Shown here: positions 18,174-27,915 of the stretch, in pieces
Position numbering within the stretch: the stretch's first letter is position 1
Layout of the letters: each line of letters opens with the position of its first letter
Assembly (NCBI GenBank): GCA_963713975.1
Contig: OY970218.1
Span: 1,440,001 to 1,504,000, forward strand
DNA length: 64,000 nucleotides
Reading direction: 5' to 3'
Origin: an uncultured Chloroflexia bacterium
GTDB taxonomy: Bacteria; Chloroflexota; Limnocylindria; Limnocylindrales; CSP1-4
The notes under the pieces: model-generated
What the model saw: the letters and a program-made list of their open reading frames with translations, nothing else
What the model was told of the DNA's origin: nothing
The model's database searches: none
Position numbers and translations under genes: made by a program

Positions 18174-19154
18174 TTGAGCGAGCGACGGCTCCCCGCCGAG
18201 GGCGGCGTGGTCCGGGAGCGGCCCGACGAAGGCGGCGGGGCGGCGAGCCCCTCGTTCGGCCTGCCCGAGGGCGCCGGAACGGGCCTGGACGGGGCCCCTC
18301 GTCCCACCTCGATCGGCCCCGGCAGCTTCGTCTGGGGCTCGCGGACATACGTGATGGGCGTCCTCAACGTCACGCCGGACTCCTTCTCCGGTGACGGCCT
18401 CCTGGCCGCCGCGGATCCCGTGGCGGCCGCCCTCGCGCAGGCCGGCGGGATGGTGGCAGACGGAGCGGACATCCTGGACGTCGGCGGAGCGTCGAGCCGG
18501 CCCGGCCACGCGCCCATACCGCCCGACGTGGAGATCGGCCGCGTGGTGCCCGTGGTGCGCGCGGTCGCGGCAGCCCTGCCCGGGACCGTGATCTCGGTCG
18601 ACACCACCAGCCCCGCCGTTGCCGCGGCCGCGCTCGATGCCGGGGCGCACCTGATCAACGATGTCTGGGGGGTGGGCGACGACGACTCGATGGTCCGGAT
18701 CGCCGCCGAGCGCGGTGTCCCGATCGTGCTCATGCACAATCGGGCGGAGGCGCGTTATCGCAACCTTCTGCCGGAGGTCATCGCGGACCTCCAGCGAGCC
18801 CTGGACCGGGCCATGGAGGCCGGCGTACCGTGGGATCACCTGGTCGTGGACCCGGGGTTCGGGTTCGGGAAGACGCCCGACCACAACCTTGCCCTGCTTC
18901 GGGACCTTGGGGCACTGCGCCTGCTGGCCCGGCCCGTCCTTCTGGGCACGTCCCGCAAGTCGACGCTCGGCAAGCTGCTCGATCTGCCGCCCGGGGATCG
19001 CGTGGAGGCCACGGCGGCCACGACCGCCCTCGGCATCGCGGCCGGCGTCGACATCGTCCGCGTCCACGACGTGCGCGAGAACGTCCGCACGGCACGGGTC
19101 GCGGATGCGATCCTGCGCGGGTGGCGCCCTGACGGGTGGCCGGGAGGGACCTGA
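18174..19154 (+). CDS. folP: Dihydropteroate synthase
   Basis: MGVLNVTPDSFSGDG, DVGGASSRPG, SVDT, INDVWG, VDPGFGFGK, GTSRKS, VRVHDV; start approximate. Confidence 0.95.
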   Translation: MSERRLPAEGGVVRERPDEGGGAASPSFGLPEGAGTGLDGAPRPTSIGPGSFVWGSRTYVMGVLNVTPDSFSGDGLLAAADPVAAALAQAGGMVADGADILDVGGASSRPGHAPIPPDVEIGRVVPVVRAVAAALPGTVISVDTTSPAVAAAALDAGAHLINDVWGVGDDDSMVRIAAERGVPIVLMHNRAEARYRNLLPEVIADLQRALDRAMEAGVPWDHLVVDPGFGFGKTPDHNLALLRDLGALRLLARPVLLGTSRKSTLGKLLDLPPGDRVEATAATTALGIAAGVDIVRVHDVRENVRTARVADAILRGWRPDGWPGGT

Positions 19155-19157
19155 GAC

Positions 19158-19523
19158 GTGAGCGACCGGATCATCCTGGACTCGATGGTGTTCTCGGGCA
19201 CGCACGGCGTGTACGAGGAGGAGCAGCTGCAGCCGCAGCCGTTCGAGGTGGACGTCGAGCTCGCGCTGAACCTCCAGCCGGCCGGTCTCTCCGATGACCT
19301 GAAGCAGACGATCGACTATGCGGCCGTCTTCGAGACCTGCCGCCAGATCGTCGAGTCCACGAGGTTCAACCTGGTCGAGGCGCTTGCGGAGGCCATCGCC
19401 CAGGAGATCCTGGCCGGGTTTCCGACCGACGAGGTCACCATCAGGATCCGCAAGCCGAAGGTCCGGCTGGGAGGCCGGCTGCGCTCCGCCGGCGTCGAGA
19501 TCCGCCGCCGCCGCTCGGCCTGA
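19158..19523 (+). CDS. folB: Dihydroneopterin aldolase
   Basis: HGVYEEE...QPFEVDV, DDLKQTIDY, FNLVEALAE, IRKP; follows folP. Confidence 0.95.
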   Translation: MSDRIILDSMVFSGTHGVYEEEQLQPQPFEVDVELALNLQPAGLSDDLKQTIDYAAVFETCRQIVESTRFNLVEALAEAIAQEILAGFPTDEVTIRIRKPKVRLGGRLRSAGVEIRRRRSA

Positions 19524-19560
19524 CGCCACCGGGCGGCTGAACAGCGCTCGGCCTGACGCC
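19512..19560. repeat. 16-bp direct repeat duplicating the folB 3' end
   Basis: cgctcggcctgacgcc at 19512-19527 and 19545-19560. Confidence 0.85.
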
Positions 19561-19659
19561 GCCGCCCCGGCCTCGTCCAGGACGGGGACGCGCCGCCCGA
19601 GGCCCTCCCGGGCGGCGCGTGCGTGAACGCGAGGGGCGGACACCCGCCCTCGCCTCGTG

Positions 19660-21075
19660 CTAGAGGTTGTCGGGTCGGGTCCCGAGCGTGACGTTGAGCT
19701 GGATCCTCTCGCTGCCGCGCAGCACGTCCAGGACCACCGTGTCCTCCGGGGCGAACTGGACCAGCAGCGCGTCGAGCGGGTGCTCCTGGTCGATCTTGGT
19801 GCCGCTGATCGCGATGATGACGTCACCGTCCTGGAGGCCGGCCGCGGCGGCCGGGCTGCCATCGACGATCGCCGGCCCGGTGCCGCCAGGGTTCGTCACG
19901 AGCGCCCCCGCGTCCACCGACAGGTTCAGGTCCTGCTTGACCTTGAGGTTGATCGACTGGAACCGGATGCCGATCCACGGCCGGCTCAACGCCTCGCCCG
20001 CCACCGCCTGGGACATGATCGGCTTTGCGATGTCGATCGGGATCGCGAACCCGATGCCCGAGGAGTCCGTGGCGACCGCGGTGTTGATCCCGACGACGGC
20101 ACCCGTCGCGTCGACCAGGGGTCCGCCGGAGTTGCCGGGATTGATGGCGGCGTCGGTCTGGATCAGGTTGTTGATGCGTGTCCCGCCGTCCACCTGGATG
20201 TCGCGGCCCTTGCCGGACACGATGCCGCTGGTCACCGAGAACGAGTAGGTGCCCAGGGGGCTGCCGATGGCGACGACCAGCTGCCCGATCTTGAGCGGAT
20301 CACTCGTGCCCAGAACGGCCGCCGGCAGCCCCGTCTGGTCGACCTTGATGATGGCCAGGTCCGTGAGCGTGTCGATGCCGTAGACGCGACCCTGGAACTG
20401 GCGGCCGTCCTTGAGCTCGACGGTGAGGGTGTCCGCGCCGGCCACGACGTGGCGGTTGGTGAGCACCCACCCATCGGCGTCGTAGATGAAGCCCGAGCCC
20501 ACGCCCTCGTTGGGGACCGCCCCGAAGGGATCGGTGGTCGTTGCCCCGGTCGTGATCTTGACCACCGCGGGGCCGATCTCGGCGGCGGCGTCGATCACGG
20601 CAGACGACTCGTCGATCGTGACCGGCAGCTGGCGGCCCGCCGGCTGGGCGAGACCGGTGCTGGCGGCAGGTGCGGGCTGGTCGAACGCGCCCGTCTGGTC
20701 CAGCACGACCACGGTGCCCGTGGAGGCGAGCACGGCCGCGAGGAGCGAGGCGGCGAGGACGGTGCCCACGCCGGCCCCCCCGCGCTTTGCGGGCTGCGCC
20801 TCCGTGACCGGAACGGCGTAGGCCGGCGGCGGCGGTGTGCCGGTGGCAGGCTGTCCCCACGCGGGCGGCGTGCCATACGGGACCTGTCCTTCGGCTGCAG
20901 CGGGCTCGTACCAGTGGTCCGCGCCGGGCTGGCCGCCGGGCGAGGCCCAGGCCCAGCGATCGTCCGGACGCGGATCCGGCGCGGGTGCGTAACGCGGAAC
21001 CTCGACGCGCTGGGTGTCGTCGAGCGGGTCGCCCCCGGCGTCCTGGGGGGTGCCGGGCGTCTGGTCGTCGTTCAT
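19660..21075 (-). CDS. htrA: HtrA/DegP serine protease with PDZ domain
   Basis: GSGF, LTNRHVV, DLAIIK, IQTDAAINPGNSGGPL, C-terminal PDZ, N-terminal TM. Confidence 0.93.
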   Translation of the reverse strand: MNDDQTPGTPQDAGGDPLDDTQRVEVPRYAPAPDPRPDDRWAWASPGGQPGADHWYEPAAAEGQVPYGTPPAWGQPATGTPPPPAYAVPVTEAQPAKRGGAGVGTVLAASLLAAVLASTGTVVVLDQTGAFDQPAPAASTGLAQPAGRQLPVTIDESSAVIDAAAEIGPAVVKITTGATTTDPFGAVPNEGVGSGFIYDADGWVLTNRHVVAGADTLTVELKDGRQFQGRVYGIDTLTDLAIIKVDQTGLPAAVLGTSDPLKIGQLVVAIGSPLGTYSFSVTSGIVSGKGRDIQVDGGTRINNLIQTDAAINPGNSGGPLVDATGAVVGINTAVATDSSGIGFAIPIDIAKPIMSQAVAGEALSRPWIGIRFQSINLKVKQDLNLSVDAGALVTNPGGTGPAIVDGSPAAAAGLQDGDVIIAISGTKIDQEHPLDALLVQFAPEDTVVLDVLRGSERIQLNVTLGTRPDNL

Positions 21076-22868
21076 GATCTGGGAGTGCTTCCCTCTCGTG
21101 CGATGGTCGGGGTCCGTTCGTCTGGGCTGCGGCCTGTCGACAAGGGTGCCGGATCGGGGTTCATGACTGGGTCGCCACTTGGTGAAGAATCATCCACCTT
21201 CTCGGCCCTGGGCGTCGCCAGGGTCCTGCCGGCCGGCCCCGCCTCGGGAGCGGCGTCCGGCGGATCGGGCGTGGCGGGCTCCAGGCCCGTGACCTTGCGG
21301 GGGTCGTTGGGCAGCGTGACCACGAACCGGGATCCACGCCCCACGCGGCTCTCCACGGCGATCGTCCCGTGGTGCATGTCCACGATCGACTTGACGATCG
21401 ACAGGCCCAGTCCGGAGCCGGTGCTGCGGGCCTCGTTCAGCTCCGATCCGCGGTAGAAGCGGTCGAAGATCCGGGGCAGCTCCGCCGCGGCGATACCGAC
21501 GCCCGTGTCGACCACCTCGATCCTGGCCCCACCGTCCGCCTCCTCGCGGGCCATCACCCTGACCTCGCCGCCGCGGCCCGTGAACTTGAGGGCGTTGCCC
21601 ACGAGATTGCCGACCACCTGGCCGATGCGCGGCGAATCGTGGCGGATCCGCAGCGGGTGGTCCGGCAGCACCACCGTGAGGCCGATGCCCTTGCGCTCGG
21701 CGCTCGCGAGCTGCTGCTCCACGGCGGACTCGATCGTGCCGCGCACGTCGTCCGGGCGCAGGTCCAGCAGGACCAGCCCCGAGTCCAGCTTGGACAGCTC
21801 CAGCAGGTTCTGGGCGAGCCAGTCCAGGCGGTCGAGCTGTGTCGCAGACGAGTCCAGGAACTCGGCCCTGGCGGCCGGGTCGAGGCCGGCCGGACCCTGC
21901 AGGAGCTCGACGAACGTCCGCATGGCGGCGATGGGCGTCCGGAGCTCGTGGCTGACGTCTGCCAGGAAGTCCCGGCTCCGGTCACGGTCGCGTCGGATGA
22001 TGTCGACGCTCTCCTCGAGGCGGGCCGCCATGGTGTTGAACTGCGTGGACACCGCCCGGAGCTCCAGCGTGCTCGACGAGAGGTCGTCCGTCGCGACACG
22101 TGCGCCAAGGTCGCCATCGGCCACCCGTCGCGAGGCTTCGGTGAGGCGCGTGATCGGCGTCGCGAACCGGTGCGCCAGGAATGCCGCCACGAGGACGGCG
22201 ATCACGAACGCCGCCGCGGCCATGATCATCAGCAGCCCGTTGATGGCGGCGAGGGTGCTCGCGCGGCTCGTGTAGGGGCTGGACAGCTCGACGCGGATCC
22301 CCCAGTCGGCCATGGCATTGGCGCGGCCCGCTTCGGCCGTGACGGGCTTGATGGCCGGGTCGCGAGCCTGGCCGGGCGCCGGCCTGACCGTCGTGGCTGC
22401 GGCGAACGCCAGGGAGGGATCGGGGTCCGGCTCCAGGGTGCCGTCCGTGTCCAGCCGGGCTGGGCCGAACTCGACCCGGACGTCGGCTTCGGCCACGGTG
22501 TTGGCCGCCAGCTGCAGCACCCCGCGCTCGACGAGCAGGCGCTGGACCTCCGGATTGAGCTTCACCTCGCCGGTGGTCCTGTCCCTGGCCACGACGGCCT
22601 TGTCCCCGACGGTGTCCGTGATGAACCGCGCCAGGAGGTCCGCGGTGGCCTGGGAGCGGGCAGCCAGGCGCTGCTCCTCCTGCTGGCGGAAGAAGTCATC
22701 AAGCCGCAGGACGACGACCGGCGCGACGAGGGTCAGCGTCAGCGCCACCACGGCCATGAAGGCGAACGTGAGTCGGGTCTGGAACGATTGCGGGACCGGG
22801 TTGCGACGGCGGGCATCCGGGCCGCGGTGCGGCGACGGGACCGCGTCCGGCGGGCGGACGTCGGCCAT
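21072..22868 (-). CDS. HAMP-domain sensor histidine kinase
   Basis: Two TMs, HAMP, DVSHELRTP, NLVGNALKF, DTGVGI, FDRFYR, GSGLGLSI. Confidence 0.93.
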   Translation of the reverse strand: MADVRPPDAVPSPHRGPDARRRNPVPQSFQTRLTFAFMAVVALTLTLVAPVVVLRLDDFFRQQEEQRLAARSQATADLLARFITDTVGDKAVVARDRTTGEVKLNPEVQRLLVERGVLQLAANTVAEADVRVEFGPARLDTDGTLEPDPDPSLAFAAATTVRPAPGQARDPAIKPVTAEAGRANAMADWGIRVELSSPYTSRASTLAAINGLLMIMAAAAFVIAVLVAAFLAHRFATPITRLTEASRRVADGDLGARVATDDLSSSTLELRAVSTQFNTMAARLEESVDIIRRDRDRSRDFLADVSHELRTPIAAMRTFVELLQGPAGLDPAARAEFLDSSATQLDRLDWLAQNLLELSKLDSGLVLLDLRPDDVRGTIESAVEQQLASAERKGIGLTVVLPDHPLRIRHDSPRIGQVVGNLVGNALKFTGRGGEVRVMAREEADGGARIEVVDTGVGIAAAELPRIFDRFYRGSELNEARSTGSGLGLSIVKSIVDMHHGTIAVESRVGRGSRFVVTLPNDPRKVTGLEPATPDPPDAAPEAGPAGRTLATPRAEKVDDSSPSGDPVMNPDPAPLSTGRSPDERTPTIAREGSTPRS

Positions 22869-22869
22869 C

Positions 22870-23568
22870 TCAGCGCTCGGCGAACTGGTAGCCGGCGCCG
22901 CGGACGGTCAGGACGAACTGGGGCAGCGAAGGATCGTCCTCGATCTTGTCCCGCAGGTGGCTGACGTGGACATTGATCGTCTTCTCGTCCTGGTCGAGCG
23001 CCTCGTAGTCGCGCAGGAGCTCCAGGAGCTCGCGGCGGCCGAATACCCGCCCGGGGCGGCTGGCCAGGTGGCGGAGGATCTCGAACTCCGTCGCGGTGAG
23101 GGCGATCCTCCGGTTGCCGCGCTGGACGCGGCGACGCTCCAGGTCGATCACGAGGTCGCCGTGACGGATGACCCGCCCGCCACCGGCGTTCGCGAGATCC
23201 CCATAGGCTCGTCGCAGGAGCGCCCGGATCCGGCTCATCAGCTCGCGCAGCGCGAACGGCTTGGTCACGTAGTCGTCTGCGCCGAGCTCCAGGCCGACCA
23301 CCTTGTCGAACTCGTCGCCGCGGGCGGTGAGGAACAGCACCGGTGCCTTGGAGCCGACAGCGCGCAGCCGCCGGAGGACCTCGAACCCGTCAATGCCGGG
23401 GAGCCGGACGTCGAGCACGATGAGGTCCGGGGCCTGGTTCGTGGCGAAGTCCAGCCCCTCCTCGCCGGAGCGCGCGACCGTCACCTCATAGCCCTCCTGC
23501 TGGAGGGCGTACTGGATGCCTCGCGCAACGGCGAACTCGTCTTCGACGATCAGGATGGTGGCTGCCAC
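22870..23568 (-). CDS. OmpR/PhoB family response regulator
   Basis: ILIVEDE, DLIVLD, GADDYVTKPF, winged helix (INVHVSHLRDKIE, TVRGAGY). Confidence 0.95.
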   Translation of the reverse strand: MAATILIVEDEFAVARGIQYALQQEGYEVTVARSGEEGLDFATNQAPDLIVLDVRLPGIDGFEVLRRLRAVGSKAPVLFLTARGDEFDKVVGLELGADDYVTKPFALRELMSRIRALLRRAYGDLANAGGGRVIRHGDLVIDLERRRVQRGNRRIALTATEFEILRHLASRPGRVFGRRELLELLRDYEALDQDEKTINVHVSHLRDKIEDDPSLPQFVLTVRGAGYQFAER

Positions 23569-23760
23569 GGCGTCGCGATCCTACACCGGGGGCGCGTGCG
23601 GGCGCCTCCGGTGCACCGGCGACGCCCGCGTTGGGGCCCGAGGGACCCCCTGTGGTAGCCTCCGCATGACGTCGTGCGGGCGGGAGGCCCGGGACGACGC
23701 GGTCCCGCCCCACGACTTGCGAGGGCGTGCGGGCCGCAAACACAGCGAGGAACCACCTGC

Positions 23761-24405
23761 ATGTCCGCCCGACCCCGCCTCGCGGCCGCCAGCCGCACCG
23801 TGACCGGCAAGAAGGTCGCCCGCCTGCGCCGCGATGGCCAGCTGCCCGCCGTCGTCTATGGTCACGGCGCTGTCAGCGAGCCGCTCACCGTGGACGCCCA
23901 CGAGTTCGACCTGCTCCGCCGCCACGTCGGCGCGTCCACGCTCGTGGACCTCGAGGTTGACGGCAGCAAGCCGCGCCCCGTCATCGTGCAGTCGATCCAG
24001 GTCAACCGTGTGACCCGTCGGCCCATCCACGTGGACCTGTTCGCCGTGCGCATGACCGAGGAGCTCACCGTCGAGGTCCAGCTGGTCGGGACCGGCGTCG
24101 CGCCGGCCACCGAGCTGGGTGGCACCTTGGTGCACCCGACGTCGAGCGTGAGGGTCCGCGCCCTGCCGGACAAGCTGCCCGAGACCCTGCAGTACGACCT
24201 CGCCGCGCTGGTGGACTACGACGCCACGATCACCGTGGCCGACCTGCCTGTCCCCGAGGGTGTGACCATCCAGGCCGATCCGGCCGAGGTGATCGCGCGC
24301 GTCCTGGCCCCGCGGGTCGAGGAGGTCGTGGCCGAGGTGCTCGTCCCGGAGGCCGGCGAGGAGGCTCCCGCCGAGGCCGGCACCGACTCCGAACCCGAGG
24401 CCTGA
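23761..24405 (+). CDS. rplY: 50S ribosomal protein L25 / general stress protein Ctc
   Basis: GKKVARLRRDGQLPAVVYG, PIHVDLFAV, C-terminal beta domain and acidic tail; GAGGA RBS. Confidence 0.93.
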   Translation: MSARPRLAAASRTVTGKKVARLRRDGQLPAVVYGHGAVSEPLTVDAHEFDLLRRHVGASTLVDLEVDGSKPRPVIVQSIQVNRVTRRPIHVDLFAVRMTEELTVEVQLVGTGVAPATELGGTLVHPTSSVRVRALPDKLPETLQYDLAALVDYDATITVADLPVPEGVTIQADPAEVIARVLAPRVEEVVAEVLVPEAGEEAPAEAGTDSEPEA

Positions 24406-24493
24406 GCCTCGGCGGCGCCCTGGCCGCCCGACATGTCCCGACCTCCCGGCGGCCCCGCGGCCGCCGGTCGGGAAGCTGCGCGCGGGTCGGGCC

Positions 24494-25318
24494 TCACGAC
24501 CGGCTCGACCGTCTTCCCGTCGCGTACACGGTCGGGAGTCGCATCCGGAGTCCTTCCGGCGGCAGCGTGCGCAGCCGCTCCATGAGGACCGCCTCTACTG
24601 TCTTGCGTCCGGCCGACCCAAGCGACTCGAACAGGTCCTGGTCGTCGAACTCGGAGACGAAGGCGAGGTAGCCCTCCGGGGTATACCTGTGGTCCAGCAC
24701 ATCTGCGTGGGCCGACACGGACTCGAACCCCGCCCGGCGCAGGAGCGCCACGGCGTCTCCGGGAGATCGCAGCTCGCGCTGGCTGCCGCCCGGCTCACCT
24801 CGAGTCACGCCGGCGCCGGCGAGCACGGCGTCGACGACCTCGTCCGCGGGCATCGAGCCGCCGGGCAGCCAGGTCACGCAGGACAGCGATCCGCCTTCCG
24901 AGAGGACCCGGCGTGCCTCCCTCAGCGCCCGGTGGCGCGATGGGACGAGTTGGAGCACGAACGCGGACAGGACGATATCGAAGCTGCCGTCCGCGAATGG
25001 GAGCTGGTCCGCTCCGCCGGGCGCCAGCGTGACGCGTCGCCGCACCGTGGCCGGGAGCGCGTCCACCTCCCGCTTCGCGAGTGCGAGCATCCCGTGCGAC
25101 AGGTCGACACCGGTCACCTGGGCCCGTGGCCACCGGCCCGCGGCCGCGGCGACGAGCGCACCCGTGCCGCAGCCCACGTCCAGGATCCGCGTCGCGCCGG
25201 CCGCCACCGGCGCCTCGATCTCGTCGAGCAGCGCGAGCGTCGCGGGCCGATGGATCGGCGACCACCAGCGCGAATACCCCTCGGCGATCCGGTCGTAGCG
25301 CGCGCCCTGATCAGTCAC
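24494..25318 (-). CDS. Class I SAM-dependent methyltransferase (UbiE-like)
   Basis: ILDVGCGTG, GVDLSHGML, LPFADGSFD, EARRVL. Confidence 0.88.
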   Translation of the reverse strand: MTDQGARYDRIAEGYSRWWSPIHRPATLALLDEIEAPVAAGATRILDVGCGTGALVAAAAGRWPRAQVTGVDLSHGMLALAKREVDALPATVRRRVTLAPGGADQLPFADGSFDIVLSAFVLQLVPSRHRALREARRVLSEGGSLSCVTWLPGGSMPADEVVDAVLAGAGVTRGEPGGSQRELRSPGDAVALLRRAGFESVSAHADVLDHRYTPEGYLAFVSEFDDQDLFESLGSAGRKTVEAVLMERLRTLPPEGLRMRLPTVYATGRRSSRS

Positions 25319-25516
25319 CCCGCAATCGTGCCATGTCGGCACCGTCCACCTGGCAGGCAGGCCCCTTCGCAAACGTGCCCTTCGGCCCCCGCGCCCGGTC
25401 CGCGGGCCGCTGGTCGCCGCCAGGCCCAGGGGCAATCCTCAATCGTTGGTGGCACAGGGCTTCGTGCCACGCCGGCCGACGCTGCGGCGCCGCCGTCGCC
25501 CGAAGGGAGCCGACGC

Positions 25517-25918
25517 ATGAAGAAGATCCTCCTCGCGTACGACGGCGGTGAACCGGCCAGGCGCGCCCTGGAGCAGACGATCGAGCTCGCCCGGCGTTGC
25601 CAGGCATCGGTCGGCGTGATCAGCGTCGTTCCGGCCCGGTCCAGCCGCACCCCGGTCGATCCGTGGGACGACCGCACCGTCCATGCGGAGGAGCTCCTGG
25701 AGGCCCGCAGGCTGCTGCGCTCGGCCGGCATCGAGGCGGAGATGCTGGAGCCCGGCGGCGATGTCGCCCGGACCATCGAACGCGTGGCCGATGAGCGCGG
25801 GTACGACACGATCGTGATCGGGGCTCGCGGCGCCGGAGGCGTCACCAGGGCGCTCCGTGGGGGCGTCTCCGAGCACGTGGCGGCGCATGCCCGTGCCACG
25901 GTCGTCATCGCCCGCTGA
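25517..25918 (+). CDS. Universal stress protein
   Basis: MKKILLAYDG, DTIVIGARG...GGVSEHV; AAGGGAG RBS. Confidence 0.9.
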   Translation: MKKILLAYDGGEPARRALEQTIELARRCQASVGVISVVPARSSRTPVDPWDDRTVHAEELLEARRLLRSAGIEAEMLEPGGDVARTIERVADERGYDTIVIGARGAGGVTRALRGGVSEHVAAHARATVVIAR

Positions 25919-26000
25919 TGCCCGTGTCAGCCTTGGCATTTCCCAGGCCCACCTTGCCACCCTGCCCGGGCGGCAGCCATCGTCCCCGGAGGACAGCCCC

Positions 26001-27755
26001 GTGACTCTCGCCGTCCCGGCCACGCCGCTCGGCCACGTCTACAGCCAGTCAGGCCCCGTCCTGGACGCCCTGCGCACCGGGGTGGGCCCTGTGCCAGTGA
26101 CCCTCCGCGGGATGGCCCTGCTTGGTCACCCGTTCCTCAACAAGGACGCCGCCTTCACGGACGACGAGCGGGCTGCCCTTGGCCTCACTGGCCTGCTACC
26201 TCCGAACGTGCTCGACATGGACGCGCAGGTGTCCCTCGAGCTGGAGCACGTCCGCCACAAGCAGGACGACCTCGAGCGGTACATCGGCCTGGCCGCGCTC
26301 CACGACCGCAACGAGACCCTGTTCCATCGCGTGCTGCTGGAGCACCTCGAGGAGCTGCTGCCGATCGTGTACACGCCCACAGTCGGTCGGGCGTGCCAGG
26401 AGTTCAGCCACCTGTATCGCAAGCCGCGCGGCGTCTGGATCACGCCGGACGACGTCGGCCGCATTCCGGACATCCTGCGCCATGCCGCACGCGACGAGAT
26501 CCGGCTGATCGTGGTCACGGACAACGAGCGGATCCTGGGCCTCGGCGACCAGGGTGCCGGTGGGATGCCGATCCCGATCGGCAAGCTGGCCCTCTATTCC
26601 GCCGCCGCCGGGATTCACCCCGGGCTGACCCTGCCCGTCTCGCTGGACGTGGGCACCGACCGTGAGGCGCTCCTGGCCGATCCCCTGTACGCGGGCTGGC
26701 GTCACCAGCGCCTGCGCGGCGCTGCGTATGACGAGGTGGTCGAGGCATTCGTGGCCGGCGTGCGCGAGGTGCATCCGCGGGCCGTCCTCCAGTGGGAGGA
26801 CTTCAAGCAGCACAACGCGATCCGCCTGCTCGAGCGCTACCGCCAGTGGGTCTGCAGCTTCAACGACGACATCCAGGGCACGTCCGCGATCGCCACGGCC
26901 ACGATCCTCGCGGCCCTGCGCGCCTCGGGACGCACGCTTGCCGATGCCCGCATCGTCCTGGCGGGTGCAGGCGCTGCCGGGACCGGCATCGCACGGCTCC
27001 TGCGGCTCGCGATGGTCGAGGATGGCATGGACGCCGCCGCCGCCCATGCCTCCATCGCCGTGCTGGATTCGCGCGGGCTCGTGGTCGAGGGACGGCCCGG
27101 CCTCGACGAGGACAAGTGGGAGGCCGCGCTACCGCGTGACGTCGTCGCCGGCCTCGGCCTGGATCCGGATGGCGCGAGCGACCTGCTGGAGGTCGTCGTC
27201 GCGTTCCGGCCCAACATCCTGCTGGGCACCACGGGGATCGGTGGCGCCTTCGGCGAGGCGACGATCCGCGCGATGGCCAGCACAGCCGGGCAGCCGATCG
27301 TGCTGCCCCTGTCGAACCCCACGGCCAACACCGAGGCCCGCCCCGTGGACATCATGGCCTGGACCGATGACCGGGCGATCGTGGCGACGGGCAGCCCGTT
27401 TCCGCCGCTCGAGGCCGGCGGGATCGCGCGCCGGGTTCCGCAGGCGAACAACGCCTATGTCTTCCCGGGGATCGGCCTGGGCGCCATCGTGTCCGAGGCG
27501 CGGATCCTGCCCGACTCCGCGTTCCTCGTGGCCGCGCGGCGTCTCGCGGACATGACCACGCCGGCCATGCTGGAGCGGGGCGACCTGTTCCCGCCGATCG
27601 GCGACCTGCGTCAGGTTGCGCGCGAGATCGCGATCGCGGTGGTCGGCCACCTCGGCCAGTTGGGCGTGGGCCGCCGGTTCCTGCCCGCCGCCATCCCGGA
27701 TGCCGTGGACGCGGCGATGTGGCGGCCGGAATACGTTCCATACGAGGCCGTCTAG
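26001..27755 (+). CDS. maeA: NAD(P)-dependent malic enzyme (large SfcA type)
   Basis: PIVYTPTVGRAC, VVTDNERILGLGDQG, QWEDF, FNDDIQGT, GAGAAGTGI, LSNPT, QANNAYVFPG. Confidence 0.93.
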   Translation: MTLAVPATPLGHVYSQSGPVLDALRTGVGPVPVTLRGMALLGHPFLNKDAAFTDDERAALGLTGLLPPNVLDMDAQVSLELEHVRHKQDDLERYIGLAALHDRNETLFHRVLLEHLEELLPIVYTPTVGRACQEFSHLYRKPRGVWITPDDVGRIPDILRHAARDEIRLIVVTDNERILGLGDQGAGGMPIPIGKLALYSAAAGIHPGLTLPVSLDVGTDREALLADPLYAGWRHQRLRGAAYDEVVEAFVAGVREVHPRAVLQWEDFKQHNAIRLLERYRQWVCSFNDDIQGTSAIATATILAALRASGRTLADARIVLAGAGAAGTGIARLLRLAMVEDGMDAAAAHASIAVLDSRGLVVEGRPGLDEDKWEAALPRDVVAGLGLDPDGASDLLEVVVAFRPNILLGTTGIGGAFGEATIRAMASTAGQPIVLPLSNPTANTEARPVDIMAWTDDRAIVATGSPFPPLEAGGIARRVPQANNAYVFPGIGLGAIVSEARILPDSAFLVAARRLADMTTPAMLERGDLFPPIGDLRQVAREIAIAVVGHLGQLGVGRRFLPAAIPDAVDAAMWRPEYVPYEAV

Positions 27756-27915
27756 CAGCTGCCGGCATGCCCACCGGTCGATGACCGGTCGCGGAGGACC
27801 GCGCGGGAGCCGCTGAGCGTCGACCCGGCGCGGTCCTGGCGCGCGCAACACGAGCGCGAGTCCGGCCGTCTCGCACCTGGCCGGCCAACCCTCCGGTCCG
27901 CACGGAGACCGCCGC

